IMG/VR virus record: IMGVR_UViG_2863371048_000001
Origin: a virus
Taxonomy: Duplodnaviria; Caudoviricetes
Strand: one strand, 5' to 3'
Length of the DNA stretch: 64,000 nt
Translations under genes and position numbers: made by a program
The notes under the pieces: model-generated
The model's database searches: none
What the model was told of the DNA's origin: nothing
The model's input: only the letters and a program-made list of their open reading frames with translations
Shown here: piece after piece, positions 9,407 to 18,526 of the stretch
How the letters are laid out: each line of letters begins with the position of its first letter
How positions within the stretch are numbered: the first letter of the stretch is position 1

Positions 9407-9654
9407 GCGCCGAGACCATCGCCCCTCACGCCGACTGCGCCGAGGTTCGCCGCCTCGTCGCGGTCGAGTTCGCCGCCCACAAAGAGCAGCTCCTGCAGCG
9501 GTTCGCCCAGGACGTGGAACGGACTCTCATGGCGATGCGACCCACCGTCCACGACGGAGAGACATGGGTGGCCGCGGCCACATTCGAGGCGTCGGCTCGG
9601 GTCGCGCTGAGGCTGGCCGGCCTGCCCGCAGACCTCAAGGAGGCCAGCCAATGA
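9403..9654 (+). CDS. phage hypothetical protein
   Basis: coupling overlaps. Confidence 0.6.
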   Translation: MSAETIAPHADCAEVRRLVAVEFAAHKEQLLQRFAQDVERTLMAMRPTVHDGETWVAAATFEASARVALRLAGLPADLKEASQ

Positions 9655-10073
9655 ACGCCCCTTACCCGACGACGACCCTGCCCAAGCCGTGCGAGCAGGA
9701 CCCGGAGAGCTGGTACGCGCCCAACGTCACTCGGGAACGCGCGCGAGCCATGTGCAGCGGCTGCCCCGTCCTGGGGGCGTGCGCCGAGTACGGCATCGCC
9801 CGCGAACGGTACGGCGTATGGGGAGGCCTCACGGAGCGGGCCCGTGAGCGCGCCCGCGCCAACAAGGGACTGACGCTGCCGCTTCACCCCCGGCCACAAA
9901 ACCAGCCGAAAGACGCGCGCCTCGCCCGCGACCTGGAACTGCTGCACGACTCCGAGGAGCTGCTCGGCCGAGGGGTGGGGTTCGAAGCGGTGGCGCAACG
10001 GCTCGGCTGCAGCCGCCACGGCCTGACGTCGGCTCGGACCCGCGCCCGTAAGCACCTGGCGGAGGCGTCATGA
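9651..10073 (+). CDS. WhiB-family transcription factor with C-terminal HTH-like extension
   Basis: C-EQDPESW...C-x2-C-PV-x3-C...GVWGGLTERAR. Confidence 0.9.
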   Translation: MNAPYPTTTLPKPCEQDPESWYAPNVTRERARAMCSGCPVLGACAEYGIARERYGVWGGLTERARERARANKGLTLPLHPRPQNQPKDARLARDLELLHDSEELLGRGVGFEAVAQRLGCSRHGLTSARTRARKHLAEAS

Positions 10074-10495
10074 CGCACCTGATGAAGCGACTCGATGAGC
10101 ACCGCCGCTCTCAGGGGATCACGTTGGTCGTCGTCGCCGGCCAGCTCGGCACGTACAAGTCGACGTTGAGCAAGTGGTCATCAGGGTCGGACAGCCCGCT
10201 GTTCCACCGGGCGGTCGCTTACGCCAGCGCGGTCAACGCCCGCATCGTGCTCCCACATCAGGGCCGGGTCCTCGCTGAAGGACTGGACATCGTGGACGCA
10301 CTGCCGGACCTGCGCCGGTTCGTCGGTGCTCCTTACCGGCGCATGGCCGCCCGGGTCGGCCTGCACTACAAGACGCTGGAGACGTTCGAGGCCCGGACGG
10401 GGCCGCGGTACCTGTCGACGGTTGAGATGTACGCGGCTGGCCTGGGGTTGTCCCTCGGCATGCTGCCTGCGGTTGAGCTCGCGGTGGCGCCTTGA
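10070..10495 (+). CDS. tandem XRE-HTH protein
   Basis: two HTH-like repeats: GITLVVVAGQLGTYKSTLSKW and YRRMAARVGLHYKTLETFE. Confidence 0.65.
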   Translation: MTHLMKRLDEHRRSQGITLVVVAGQLGTYKSTLSKWSSGSDSPLFHRAVAYASAVNARIVLPHQGRVLAEGLDIVDALPDLRRFVGAPYRRMAARVGLHYKTLETFEARTGPRYLSTVEMYAAGLGLSLGMLPAVELAVAP

Positions 10496-10514
10496 TGACG
10501 CCGGGCACGCAAAA

Positions 10515-10546
10515 GCGCCACGACTCCCTGTTGGGGGTCGTGGCGC
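10515..10546 (-). terminator. intrinsic terminator of the minus-strand gene
   Basis: GCGCCACGACTCCC-TGTT-GGGGGTCGTGGCGC preceded by AAAA on the plus strand. Confidence 0.7.
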
Positions 10547-10581
10547 GTCTCGTGGGGTCGGTGGTCGGCGGAGGGGACGGA

Positions 10582-10848
10582 TCAGGACGCGGCCTTCTTG
10601 CGCGCGTCGACGACCTTGCGGCGCACCCATTCACGGGTGAAGCCGATCTCTCTCACGATCTCAACCTGCTGCTCCCCGTTGTCGAGCGCGGCCAAGACTT
10701 CGGCAACCAGCTCATCGTGAGCTGCTTCGGCGGCCTCGGTGCGCTTTTTGTAGGCGGCTGCGAGGCGACGAAGGCGCTGCTGGCGGTCCGTGTCCACAGA
10801 TTCATATTCGCACACGGGGCGAGGCATCAGGGCGTGGCTGTGCGTCAT
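10582..10848 (-). CDS. small HTH DNA-binding protein, probably leaderless
   Basis: GEQQVEIVREIGFTREWVRR HTH; TACGAT 6 nt before ATG 10848. Confidence 0.7.
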   Translation of the reverse strand: MTHSHALMPRPVCEYESVDTDRQQRLRRLAAAYKKRTEAAEAAHDELVAEVLAALDNGEQQVEIVREIGFTREWVRRKVVDARKKAAS

Positions 10849-10872
10849 GTGCCCATCGTAAGCCATGACGAT

Positions 10873-10906
10873 TGGCCATGGCCATATGCCATGGGTAATG
10901 GCATAT
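10873..10906. promoter_or_regulatory. palindromic operator-like sites
   Basis: TGGCCATGGCCA (10873-10884) and ATATGCCAT-N5-ATGGCATAT (10884-10906). Confidence 0.6.
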
Positions 10907-11020
10907 AGTGGAGTCGAGCACCCGAGCTATCCAGGGGATTGGCGAGGCGGCCCGTCGAAGACAGGCCCCGCTCTCGTCGTCCAAGTAAGAGCACCACCAG
11001 CATCGAGGGAGGCGCCACCG

Positions 11021-11827
11021 GTGGCGCGGATTCGCAGTATCAAGCCGGAGTTCTTCACGTCGCTGTCCATCGCCAGTCTGGATCTGCCCACGCGGCTGAC
11101 CTTCATCGGACTGTGGACGCATTGCGACGACGAGGGCCGGTGCGTCGACGAGGCGCGGCTCATCAAGGCCGCGTTGTGGCCGCTGGACGACCGGACCGCC
11201 GCCGACATTGAGAAAGATCTGGGAGCCCTCAGTGAGTCCTCACTGATAGCTCGTTACGAGGTCGGCGGACGTCGATATCTGGCCGTGTGCGGATGGGATG
11301 AGCACCAGCGAATCAACCGTCCGACCAAGAGCAAGCTTCCTGCCCCCGAAGAGGCTGACTCTGCCCCGGTGAAACTAGCCCTGGCCTGCACTGATGAGCG
11401 TTCAGAGGGCGTTCGCGTCCGACTCACTGAGGACTCACTGAGTGCTCACCGTGGGAAAGGAAAGGAACAGGGAACAGGGAACATGAGTAACCCCCCTACC
11501 CCCCCGAGGGGGAAGCGGGGCTTGCGCCCCGCAGATGATGACCCTGCCTTCGCTGCTTTCTGGGACGCCTACCCCCGCAAGGTCGACAAGGGCCACGCCC
11601 GCAACGCCTGGGCCAAGGCCATCGCTGCCGGTGTTGACTCCGCCCTGATCATCAAGGGTGTTGAGCAATACCGGGACGACCCGACGCGATCTCGCGACCC
11701 GAAGTTCATCCCGCACCCGACGACGTGGCTCAACGGCGAGCGCTGGGCCGACCAGCCCGCGGACCGTGAGACGCACATCCGCACCTGGGACAGCTACGAA
11801 GAGCGCACCCCGGGGGAGTTCAACTGA
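11021..11827 (+). CDS. phage replication initiator (replisome organizer)
   Basis: MARIRSIKPEFF...GLWTHCDDEGR N-terminus; FAAFWDAYPRKVDKG...FIPHPTTWLNGERW C-terminus. Confidence 0.85.
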   Translation: MARIRSIKPEFFTSLSIASLDLPTRLTFIGLWTHCDDEGRCVDEARLIKAALWPLDDRTAADIEKDLGALSESSLIARYEVGGRRYLAVCGWDEHQRINRPTKSKLPAPEEADSAPVKLALACTDERSEGVRVRLTEDSLSAHRGKGKEQGTGNMSNPPTPPRGKRGLRPADDDPAFAAFWDAYPRKVDKGHARNAWAKAIAAGVDSALIIKGVEQYRDDPTRSRDPKFIPHPTTWLNGERWADQPADRETHIRTWDSYEERTPGEFN

Positions 11828-13080
11828 TGAGCGACGAATTCCGGATGCTGCCCCACGACATCGATGCGGAGAAGTCCGCCCTCGGTGCCGCGATGCTCAC
11901 GCCCCACGCTGCGAATGTCCTGTTCACACAGCTCTCGGCAGATCACTTCTACCGGACCAAGCACCGGCCGACGTTCCGCGCGATCGTCGACCTGTACCGG
12001 AACGGCGAGATCCCCGACGTCGTCAGCGTCCGCGCCGAGCTGGACCGGACTGGGAAGCTCGACGAGGCCGGCGGCCTGATCTACATCAATGACCTGTCGT
12101 CGTTCGTGCCGACTGCGGCCAACGTCGGCTACTACGTCAACCGGGTCCGTGAGCTGGGAACCAAGCGCATCGCCATCGAGGTGCTGACGCGCATCGCAGA
12201 GCAGGGCTACAACGAGATCACCACCGCTGATGACCTGGTCACAGCCACTGAGGACGCCATCACCCAGTTCCGGGCGATGGCGTCCAACGAGGAAGCGATC
12301 GAGGGATTCTCCACGATGGGCTCGTTCATCGACGAGTCCGACGAGGACCACGACTGGCTGCTGCCGGGCGTGCTGGAGCGCATGGACCGCGTCATCGTCG
12401 TTGCGTCCGAGGGCGCCGGTAAGACCACGCTGGCCCGGCAGATGGCGGTCATGCTCGCTGCGGGCGTCCACCCGTTCAGCATCCACACGCGCATCCCGCC
12501 GGTTCGGACGCTGTACATCGACTTGGAGAACCCGCCGCCGCTGGTGCGTCGCAAGATCCGCCACCTCGTCGACCTGGGTCGTGAGTACTCCGGCTGGGAC
12601 GAGGACCGGGCGTGGCGGCTGACCCGGCCCGGCGGCATCGACCTGCGTAAGCCGAACGACCAGCACCTGATCGACCGGGTCATCACCGAGTCCCGCGCCG
12701 AACTGGTGTGCATGGGCCCGCTGTACAAGGCGTTCAACGAGTCCGGCGAGAAGGCCGAAACCATCAACGGGCAGGTCGCCCGCGTACTGGACGGCTACCG
12801 GGAGCGGCACGGCATCGCCCTGTGGCTGGAAACCCACGCCCCGATGGAGCAGCAGGGGCAGCGGTCCCTGCGCCCGATGGGTTCGGGCGTGTGGTCGCGC
12901 TGGCCGGAGTTCGGCCTGGCGATGCGCAAGTCGAAGGACAACCCGCACCGGGTCCACCTGGAGCGGTTCCGCGGTGACCGCGACGAACGAGCCTGGCCAC
13001 ACCACCTTGAGCGGTCCAGCCCGTGGCCGTGGGCCGCCCGCTGGGACGGCGGCTACCCCATCGAAGAAGCCACCGCATGA
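11827..13080 (+). CDS. DnaB-like helicase (DnaB N-terminal domain plus RecA/AAA_25 domain)
   Basis: LPHDIDAEKSALGA...HFY...H..F; Walker A ASEGAGKTT; DLEN. Confidence 0.85.
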   Translation: MSDEFRMLPHDIDAEKSALGAAMLTPHAANVLFTQLSADHFYRTKHRPTFRAIVDLYRNGEIPDVVSVRAELDRTGKLDEAGGLIYINDLSSFVPTAANVGYYVNRVRELGTKRIAIEVLTRIAEQGYNEITTADDLVTATEDAITQFRAMASNEEAIEGFSTMGSFIDESDEDHDWLLPGVLERMDRVIVVASEGAGKTTLARQMAVMLAAGVHPFSIHTRIPPVRTLYIDLENPPPLVRRKIRHLVDLGREYSGWDEDRAWRLTRPGGIDLRKPNDQHLIDRVITESRAELVCMGPLYKAFNESGEKAETINGQVARVLDGYRERHGIALWLETHAPMEQQGQRSLRPMGSGVWSRWPEFGLAMRKSKDNPHRVHLERFRGDRDERAWPHHLERSSPWPWAARWDGGYPIEEATA

Positions 13081-13277
13081 CCACCCCATCTTCCGAGAGG
13101 ACCGACATGACCCCGAACATCGGCGCTGTGCGCGCCGCCCGCGCGCTGAGGAGCGGCTGCCTGCAGGCCGTCGAGGAGCGCGACTTGGACGCACTGCTCG
13201 ACAACCTCGCCGGCTGGATGGGCACCGACTTCGACGTCAGGGCCGCCGTGCTGTCCGCCGAGAAGGACGCCGCATGA
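13077..13277 (+). CDS. hypothetical protein
   Basis: coupling overlaps. Confidence 0.5.
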   Translation: MTTPSSERTDMTPNIGAVRAARALRSGCLQAVEERDLDALLDNLAGWMGTDFDVRAAVLSAEKDAA

Positions 13278-13699
13278 ACGACCGGGAGAAGTACCACAAG
13301 GCGGTCATCCGGCAGCAGCACGAACGCGACCTCGCCACCGGCACGCCCGTGCCCTACCGGATCACCCAGGCGCTCGACTCTCGTGGCCTCGAAGGTCCCG
13401 AGGTCGATTGGGCGTGCGGTGTCGAGGAGCCGGCCGTCGATCAGTGGGAGACGGGGGAGCTGGTCCCCGCCCCTGAGCAGGTCAAGTTGCTCGCCAAGCT
13501 GACGGACTACCCGATCAGCTACTTCTACTGGCCGGTCACTGAGCAGGGCGGACCGGGATTTATGTGCACCGACGACGGCTGCGAGCCGATGTGGTTCGGC
13601 CCGCCGCCGGAGCCCGAGCCGCTCGCGGAGGTCATCGCCTGGCCTGGCCGCACCGCCGAGCCGGAGCCGATCGAACCCCGCCAGGACGCGCTGTGGTGA
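13274..13699 (+). CDS. XRE-like HTH protein
   Basis: RGLEGPEVDWACGVEEPAVDQWETGELVP...LAKLTDYPISYF. Confidence 0.6.
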   Translation: MNDREKYHKAVIRQQHERDLATGTPVPYRITQALDSRGLEGPEVDWACGVEEPAVDQWETGELVPAPEQVKLLAKLTDYPISYFYWPVTEQGGPGFMCTDDGCEPMWFGPPPEPEPLAEVIAWPGRTAEPEPIEPRQDALW

Positions 13700-13757
13700 C
13701 TCGCCCCTCCCTGATCACTGCCCGCCGCTACGACGCCCGCATCCGAAAGGCAGCCGC

Positions 13758-14396
13758 ATGAGCGCCGACCGCGCCAAGCGCCGAAAGATCACCTGCAAGG
13801 CATGCCGGCAGCTTGGCGAGAACCGCGGGCACGGCTGGTGCATCCCCTGCTACGGCCGCTGGGTCTACCACGGCCGCCCCGAGGGAGGTCCACCCCCGGC
13901 CACCGAGCCGGTGCCGCCGCCTTACAAGCCGCGGCCCATCCCGGCCGTGTGCCGCATGAAGCGTCACGAACTGGTCGGTGACAACCTCGTCCGCACTGCT
14001 GAGGGCGGTTGGCGCTGCCGGGCCTGCCACGAAGCGGGCCTGGCCACCGCCACCGAGCGGCAATCTGCCGCTCGTCGTGAGCAGTGGGACGAGATCCACG
14101 CCGGCCACGACGTCATCGTCAAGCGCGACAACCGCCGCCTCTGCCGGACCTGCGTTCGCGGTGACGCCGACATCGACGAGATCGCCATCGTGCGAGCCGA
14201 GCGCGGCGACCCCCCGTCCAGGCTGACCATCGCCGAGCGGGAAGCCGCGATCACCCACCTCCGCTCCTACAACCTCGCCTACCGCGTCATCGCTGAACGA
14301 GTCGGCTGCTCTCTGCGCACCGCGTGGATCGTGTGCAACCGGCTCGGTGTCACCGACCCCGCGAGCGCGCGAGCCCTGTTCCGCAAGGCGGCTTAG
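13758..14396 (+). CDS. Zn-finger plus C-terminal HTH protein
   Basis: CxxC motifs; YRVIAERVGCSLRTAW. Confidence 0.6.
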   Translation: MSADRAKRRKITCKACRQLGENRGHGWCIPCYGRWVYHGRPEGGPPPATEPVPPPYKPRPIPAVCRMKRHELVGDNLVRTAEGGWRCRACHEAGLATATERQSAARREQWDEIHAGHDVIVKRDNRRLCRTCVRGDADIDEIAIVRAERGDPPSRLTIAEREAAITHLRSYNLAYRVIAERVGCSLRTAWIVCNRLGVTDPASARALFRKAA

Positions 14397-14432
14397 CCCA
14401 CCCCCCCGCAAGACCATCCGAGGAGACCGACC

Positions 14433-14780
14433 ATGACTGACCTCGTCCCCGTTGAGCTGATGCGCACCGCCACCGACGCCCGCCGCGACCGCGAGGCTGC
14501 GCTGCACTTCGCGCGGATGGTCGAGCACCTTGGCCGCGCGCTGGTGGCGTTGGAGGCCGGGCGGTGGGACTCCGCCCGTGACCGCCTCTTCCTGGTGAGG
14601 GAAGCGTCCGCGATTTGCGACGTGGCCCTCAATTCCGGCCATCCCGACCCGAAGGCTTTCTTGGTCGCTGTTCGCGCACAGGTCCCGCAGGAGTGGGCGG
14701 CGGCCATCTGCGCGGCGTTCAGGTCTGACGCTCCTGTCCTGGCCACTCCCACGTTCGCTGACCTGGCCGTGACCCCGTGA
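14433..14780 (+). CDS. hypothetical protein
   Basis: GAGGAG RBS. Confidence 0.6.
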   Translation: MTDLVPVELMRTATDARRDREAALHFARMVEHLGRALVALEAGRWDSARDRLFLVREASAICDVALNSGHPDPKAFLVAVRAQVPQEWAAAICAAFRSDAPVLATPTFADLAVTP

Positions 14781-14829
14781 CCGCCCCCGCCCCCCGAGAC
14801 CCCCGCAAGACCAACGAAGGAGAAACCCG

Positions 14830-15213
14830 ATGAACGCCACCGAACTCCGCACCGCTGCCGCCAAGCTCCGCGAGATGGCCAAGCCCGCCACCCCTGGCCC
14901 GTGGTTCACCGCCGACTGCGAGCTGTACCCGCGCTGGGTCCTGTCCGCCACTGCCACCGAGGGTGAGTCGGGCTACGCCGCCTACGTGGCCAAGAGCTAC
15001 AGCGACGACGACGGCCTGGACGTGTCCGACGCCGACTGGCAGTGGATGGCGTTCGCCTCCCCGGCCCTGGCCGAGCCGCTGGCCGCCTGGCTGGAGCTGA
15101 CGGCCGACTACCCGCGCGGCATGGCGAACTCGGGTCGGGCCCTCGATGTCGCCCGCGTCGTCAACGGCACCGCCCCCGCCCCGTCCGCTCCTGTGCCCTC
15201 TGCGGGCCTCTAG
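14830..15213 (+). CDS. phage hypothetical protein (ATPGPW family)
   Basis: AAGGAG RBS; ATPGPW...A.P.LA..LAAWL pattern. Confidence 0.65.
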   Translation: MNATELRTAAAKLREMAKPATPGPWFTADCELYPRWVLSATATEGESGYAAYVAKSYSDDDGLDVSDADWQWMAFASPALAEPLAAWLELTADYPRGMANSGRALDVARVVNGTAPAPSAPVPSAGL

Positions 15214-15352
15214 CGTCCACGCAGTCGGCCTGAGAGCGCCGGATCGTCCGTGAGGTAGGGGAAAGATCATCCGGGCCTTCACGGCCTTCTGAGGCGAACT
15301 CCAGAACGATAAATCGATCATCAACCGAACTCCAGTCCGGAAAGGACACTCC

Positions 15353-16030
15353 ATGAGCACCATCACCATCACGAAGCCGTCCGCACTGCTCCACATCACC
15401 GGCCGAGACCTCAAGGCGCTGTTCGGCTCCGTCCTCCCGCACACCTCCGACGACCCCGATGGCCTCCCCGCCCTCCAGGAGGTCCACGTCGAGATCCACG
15501 ACGGAGACCTGCGGCTCGTCTGCACCGACCGGTTCACCATGGCGGTCGTCCGCCGCCCCATGACCTCCACCACGGAGGCCTTCAGCTGCCGGTTCGCGCT
15601 CCCGGTTCGCGACATCCGAGACCTCATCGAGCACCTGGACGACGTCGCCATCGCGTCGCTCGCCTTCGAGGAGAACCGGCTGTTCGTCACCACCGAAGAC
15701 AGCGCCCACAACATCCCCGGCAGCGCCTCAGTCCTCGGGTGGCGGGACCTCCTCAACAGGGTGTTGAAGCCCTCAGGTACTCCGGTCGGCCGCATCTTGA
15801 TCGACCCGACGTTCCTGGCCCGCCTGGAGCCTGCCAAGCGCCTCAACGAGGACGCGCCGCTCGTGATCCAGATGCAGGGCGAGCACGGCGCGGTCGTCGC
15901 CACCCTCGGAGCCAGCTTCCTCGCGCTCGTCATGCCGATGACCAGCCGCAGCATGCGCGAGGACCTGCTGCCCTCCCGTCCGCTCGACGGCTGGTTCGAC
16001 CTCCTCGACGAGACCGACGCCCCCGCCTGA
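15353..16030 (+). CDS. DNA polymerase III beta-clamp-like protein
   Basis: LPALQEVHVE...LRLVCTDRFTMAV; C-terminal F.ALVMP. Confidence 0.65.
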   Translation: MSTITITKPSALLHITGRDLKALFGSVLPHTSDDPDGLPALQEVHVEIHDGDLRLVCTDRFTMAVVRRPMTSTTEAFSCRFALPVRDIRDLIEHLDDVAIASLAFEENRLFVTTEDSAHNIPGSASVLGWRDLLNRVLKPSGTPVGRILIDPTFLARLEPAKRLNEDAPLVIQMQGEHGAVVATLGASFLALVMPMTSRSMREDLLPSRPLDGWFDLLDETDAPA

Positions 16031-16104
16031 CCTTCCCCCTGTCCCGTCCGGGAGACCGGACGGGACCCCGCAACCCCGACAAGCGCAACGACAGGAGACC
16101 CCGA

Positions 16105-16338
16105 ATGGCCGAGATCCCCGACGTCCGCCCCGGCCAGGTGTGGGCCGACAACGACAAGCGCGCCGCTGGCCGGAAGGTCCGCGTCGTCGAGATCGACGGC
16201 ACGCACGCCGTCGTCGTGCAGGTCGATGCCCGCGGCGTCGTCGACAGCCGCATGCGCGAGCGCCGGACCCGGATCCGCCTCGACCGGTTCAAGCCGACGA
16301 GCACCGGCTACCGGCTCGTCACTGACGTTCCCACCTGA
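16105..16338 (+). CDS. small actinophage protein (VRPGQVWADND family)
   Basis: AGGAGA RBS; SH3-like beta pattern. Confidence 0.7.
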   Translation: MAEIPDVRPGQVWADNDKRAAGRKVRVVEIDGTHAVVVQVDARGVVDSRMRERRTRIRLDRFKPTSTGYRLVTDVPT

Positions 16339-16370
16339 CCCCCGACAACCTCAACGACAGGAGACCCCGA

Positions 16371-16637
16371 ATGACTCTTGACCAGCTGATCGAGCAGCTC
16401 GAAGTCCTCCGCGACGGGCTCGGCGGAGACACCCTCGTGATCGTCTCCAAGGACGCCGAAGGCAACGGCTTCGGGCCGCTCGAAGAGGCCGAGATCGCCA
16501 TGTACGCCGCCGAGAACGACTACAGCGGCGAGAGGTACCCGACCGAGGAAGAGCGCCAGGCCGAGCCCAACCCGGACGACTACGACCCCGCCCCGGACGA
16601 CGCGGTCAGAGCGGTGTTCCTCTGGCCGACGAACTGA
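16371..16637 (+). CDS. acidic hypothetical protein
   Basis: AGGAGA RBS; DAEGNGF motif. Confidence 0.7.
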   Translation: MTLDQLIEQLEVLRDGLGGDTLVIVSKDAEGNGFGPLEEAEIAMYAAENDYSGERYPTEEERQAEPNPDDYDPAPDDAVRAVFLWPTN

Positions 16638-16705
16638 CGCCAGCCCACCCCGTCCCGTCCGGTCTGTCTCCGGACGGGACACCCCAACGAAAGGCAAGAT
16701 CACCG

Positions 16706-17023
16706 ATGAGCCACAAGCCGACGCTGCCCACTCGCATGCACGACCCGTTTCCCCGCATTGACATCGACGAGGCCGGCGCCTTCGCCGAAGTGCTGAGCCT
16801 CGCCATCGCCGCCGCCAACCGCTGGACGTTCGGCCCCGACGGCCCCTACCGGCAGCCTGGCCAGACCATGGCTGACATCGCCCGCGGCCAGATCCGCGAG
16901 GCGCTGCTGCATCTGCTGGAGCTCGGCTTCGTCGACGTCGACGAGGAGCGCATGAAGGCAGCGCCCGGCTGGCCGATGGACCGCATGTCGTCCCGCCCCA
17001 CCGACCTCCCTGAGGAGGCGTGA
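16706..17023 (+). CDS. hypothetical protein
   Basis: ORF track, GC3 bias. Confidence 0.6.
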   Translation: MSHKPTLPTRMHDPFPRIDIDEAGAFAEVLSLAIAAANRWTFGPDGPYRQPGQTMADIARGQIREALLHLLELGFVDVDEERMKAAPGWPMDRMSSRPTDLPEEA

Positions 17024-17361
17024 TGTTCACCGGAGGAGTGTTCACCGCCACCTGGGAGCGGATCATGCGGAGCGCCGCCCCCTGCCCGCCAGCCTCCCCG
17101 CCGGCCGAAGCGCCACCCCCGGCGCCATGGGCCCCGGCTGGCACGTACCTCGCCGCGAGCTGGCCGATCCTGGACACGGACCTGGCCGCCGAGCAGATGC
17201 GCGAGCTCGACGTCACCGAGCCCACGGCGTTCGAGGATGACGCTCAAGCCGCCGTCGAAGCGGAGGCCTGGGTGCTCGACCTCCTTGCCGTGGAGGTTGA
17301 CGCCCTTGGCGCTTCCCCGCTCCAGGCCGCGCAACGCCTGTTCGGAGGCCCGCATGTCTGA
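17020..17361 (+). CDS. hypothetical protein
   Basis: GAGGAGG RBS, overlap. Confidence 0.5.
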   Translation: MMFTGGVFTATWERIMRSAAPCPPASPPAEAPPPAPWAPAGTYLAASWPILDTDLAAEQMRELDVTEPTAFEDDAQAAVEAEAWVLDLLAVEVDALGASPLQAAQRLFGGPHV

Positions 17362-18271
17362 ACCTGTCGAGTACGCCATCCCCGTGCAGGCGATCGCCGC
17401 GGCGCTGCACGCCGACCATGAGCAGGCGTGGGGGCCCGGGTCGAGCAACATCTCCGCCCACCGCCGTACGGCAGAGCGGGCCGTCGAGGCGCTCGCCGCC
17501 GCCGGCCTGGTTGTCGTCTCCGCCGAGGACCTCGCCGAGACGATCCGCGACGCTGAGACATGCCACCACGACCGCGGCAGCGACGCGGAGTCCGACGCCC
17601 GCATGGACCGCCTCCGCGCTGCCCTCCCCAATGCCCCCGCACGGCCCCCAGTGCCCACTCAGAGCGTCGTAGACCTCGCGGGCGGGGAAGAGGCGACAGG
17701 GGAGGCGCAAGGGGCCACAGAGGCGCGTACGGCCTCGCGGGACGACCTGTCGAAACTCATCGACGCGATGAGCCCCGAGGAGAAGACCCTCGTCCTGGAA
17801 TTCTTCGCGGCCGATCGGGAGGAGTTCCTGTTTGCGGCGGGGGAGGCCAAGGCGCGGTACGAGCGGGTCAAGGGTTCCCGCGCCATCCGGCTCGCCGACG
17901 ACCTCCGTCACCGGTACGCCAACGCCATCCACTACGTGCTGTACGGCCCGGCGTCCGGGTCAACAACGCAGCGACTCGCGGCTACGGCTGCTCACGCCGT
18001 CCTGGCTGTGCGGGACACCGAACTGGAGCGCGCGAGCGGCTACGCCGAGCGCATGGCCGAGATGGTCATCGAGAAGGACCGCGAGGCCACACAGTGGGCC
18101 GAACGGCTGCATAAGGCCGAAGCCGCGCTTGTCCACGCGAAGGCGCTGCACTCCCGTGACGACAGCAACCCGCACGGCCCTTGGTGCGGCACCTGCACAA
18201 CGCACTGGCCTTGCCGCACATGGACCGCCTTGCTCTCAGCCGAGGAGCAGACCGGAGACGGCCGTGGCTGA
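17354..18271 (+). CDS. multidomain phage hypothetical protein, C-terminal CxxC..WPC motif
   Basis: GGAGG RBS before ATG 17354. Confidence 0.6.
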   Translation: MSEPVEYAIPVQAIAAALHADHEQAWGPGSSNISAHRRTAERAVEALAAAGLVVVSAEDLAETIRDAETCHHDRGSDAESDARMDRLRAALPNAPARPPVPTQSVVDLAGGEEATGEAQGATEARTASRDDLSKLIDAMSPEEKTLVLEFFAADREEFLFAAGEAKARYERVKGSRAIRLADDLRHRYANAIHYVLYGPASGSTTQRLAATAAHAVLAVRDTELERASGYAERMAEMVIEKDREATQWAERLHKAEAALVHAKALHSRDDSNPHGPWCGTCTTHWPCRTWTALLSAEEQTGDGRG

Positions 18272-18500
18272 CGACCTCCGCCCGATCCGCCGCCGGGAAG
18301 ACCTGCCCCCGCTGGAACGCGCCGTCTCCGACGCCCTCGACGAGCTCAACAGCAGCATGCACGGAATGCTCAGCTCCTGGTCGTACCCGGTCGAGTTCCT
18401 GGAGTTCCTCGCCGAGGAAGGCCACACCGTGGTCTCCACCGCCGAACTGGAGCAGCTCCGCGCCCGCATCGCCGAGTACGAGCACGCCACCAACGCCTGA
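18264..18500 (+). CDS. hypothetical protein
   Basis: GGAG RBS, overlap. Confidence 0.55.
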   Translation: MADDLRPIRRREDLPPLERAVSDALDELNSSMHGMLSSWSYPVEFLEFLAEEGHTVVSTAELEQLRARIAEYEHATNA

Positions 18501-18526
18501 CCTGCCGACCCCGAAAGGACGCACCG

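Noticed and set aside
10492-10908. Plus-strand 138-aa ORF
   Set aside because: It overlaps a terminator and a better-supported minus-strand HTH gene.
14719-16206. Long antisense ORFs, also 718..1500, 24930..26492, 29026..30639, 39338..40513, 41206..42357 and 58281..60428
   Set aside because: Shadow frames expected from high GC3 on the opposite strand; low-complexity translations with no motifs.
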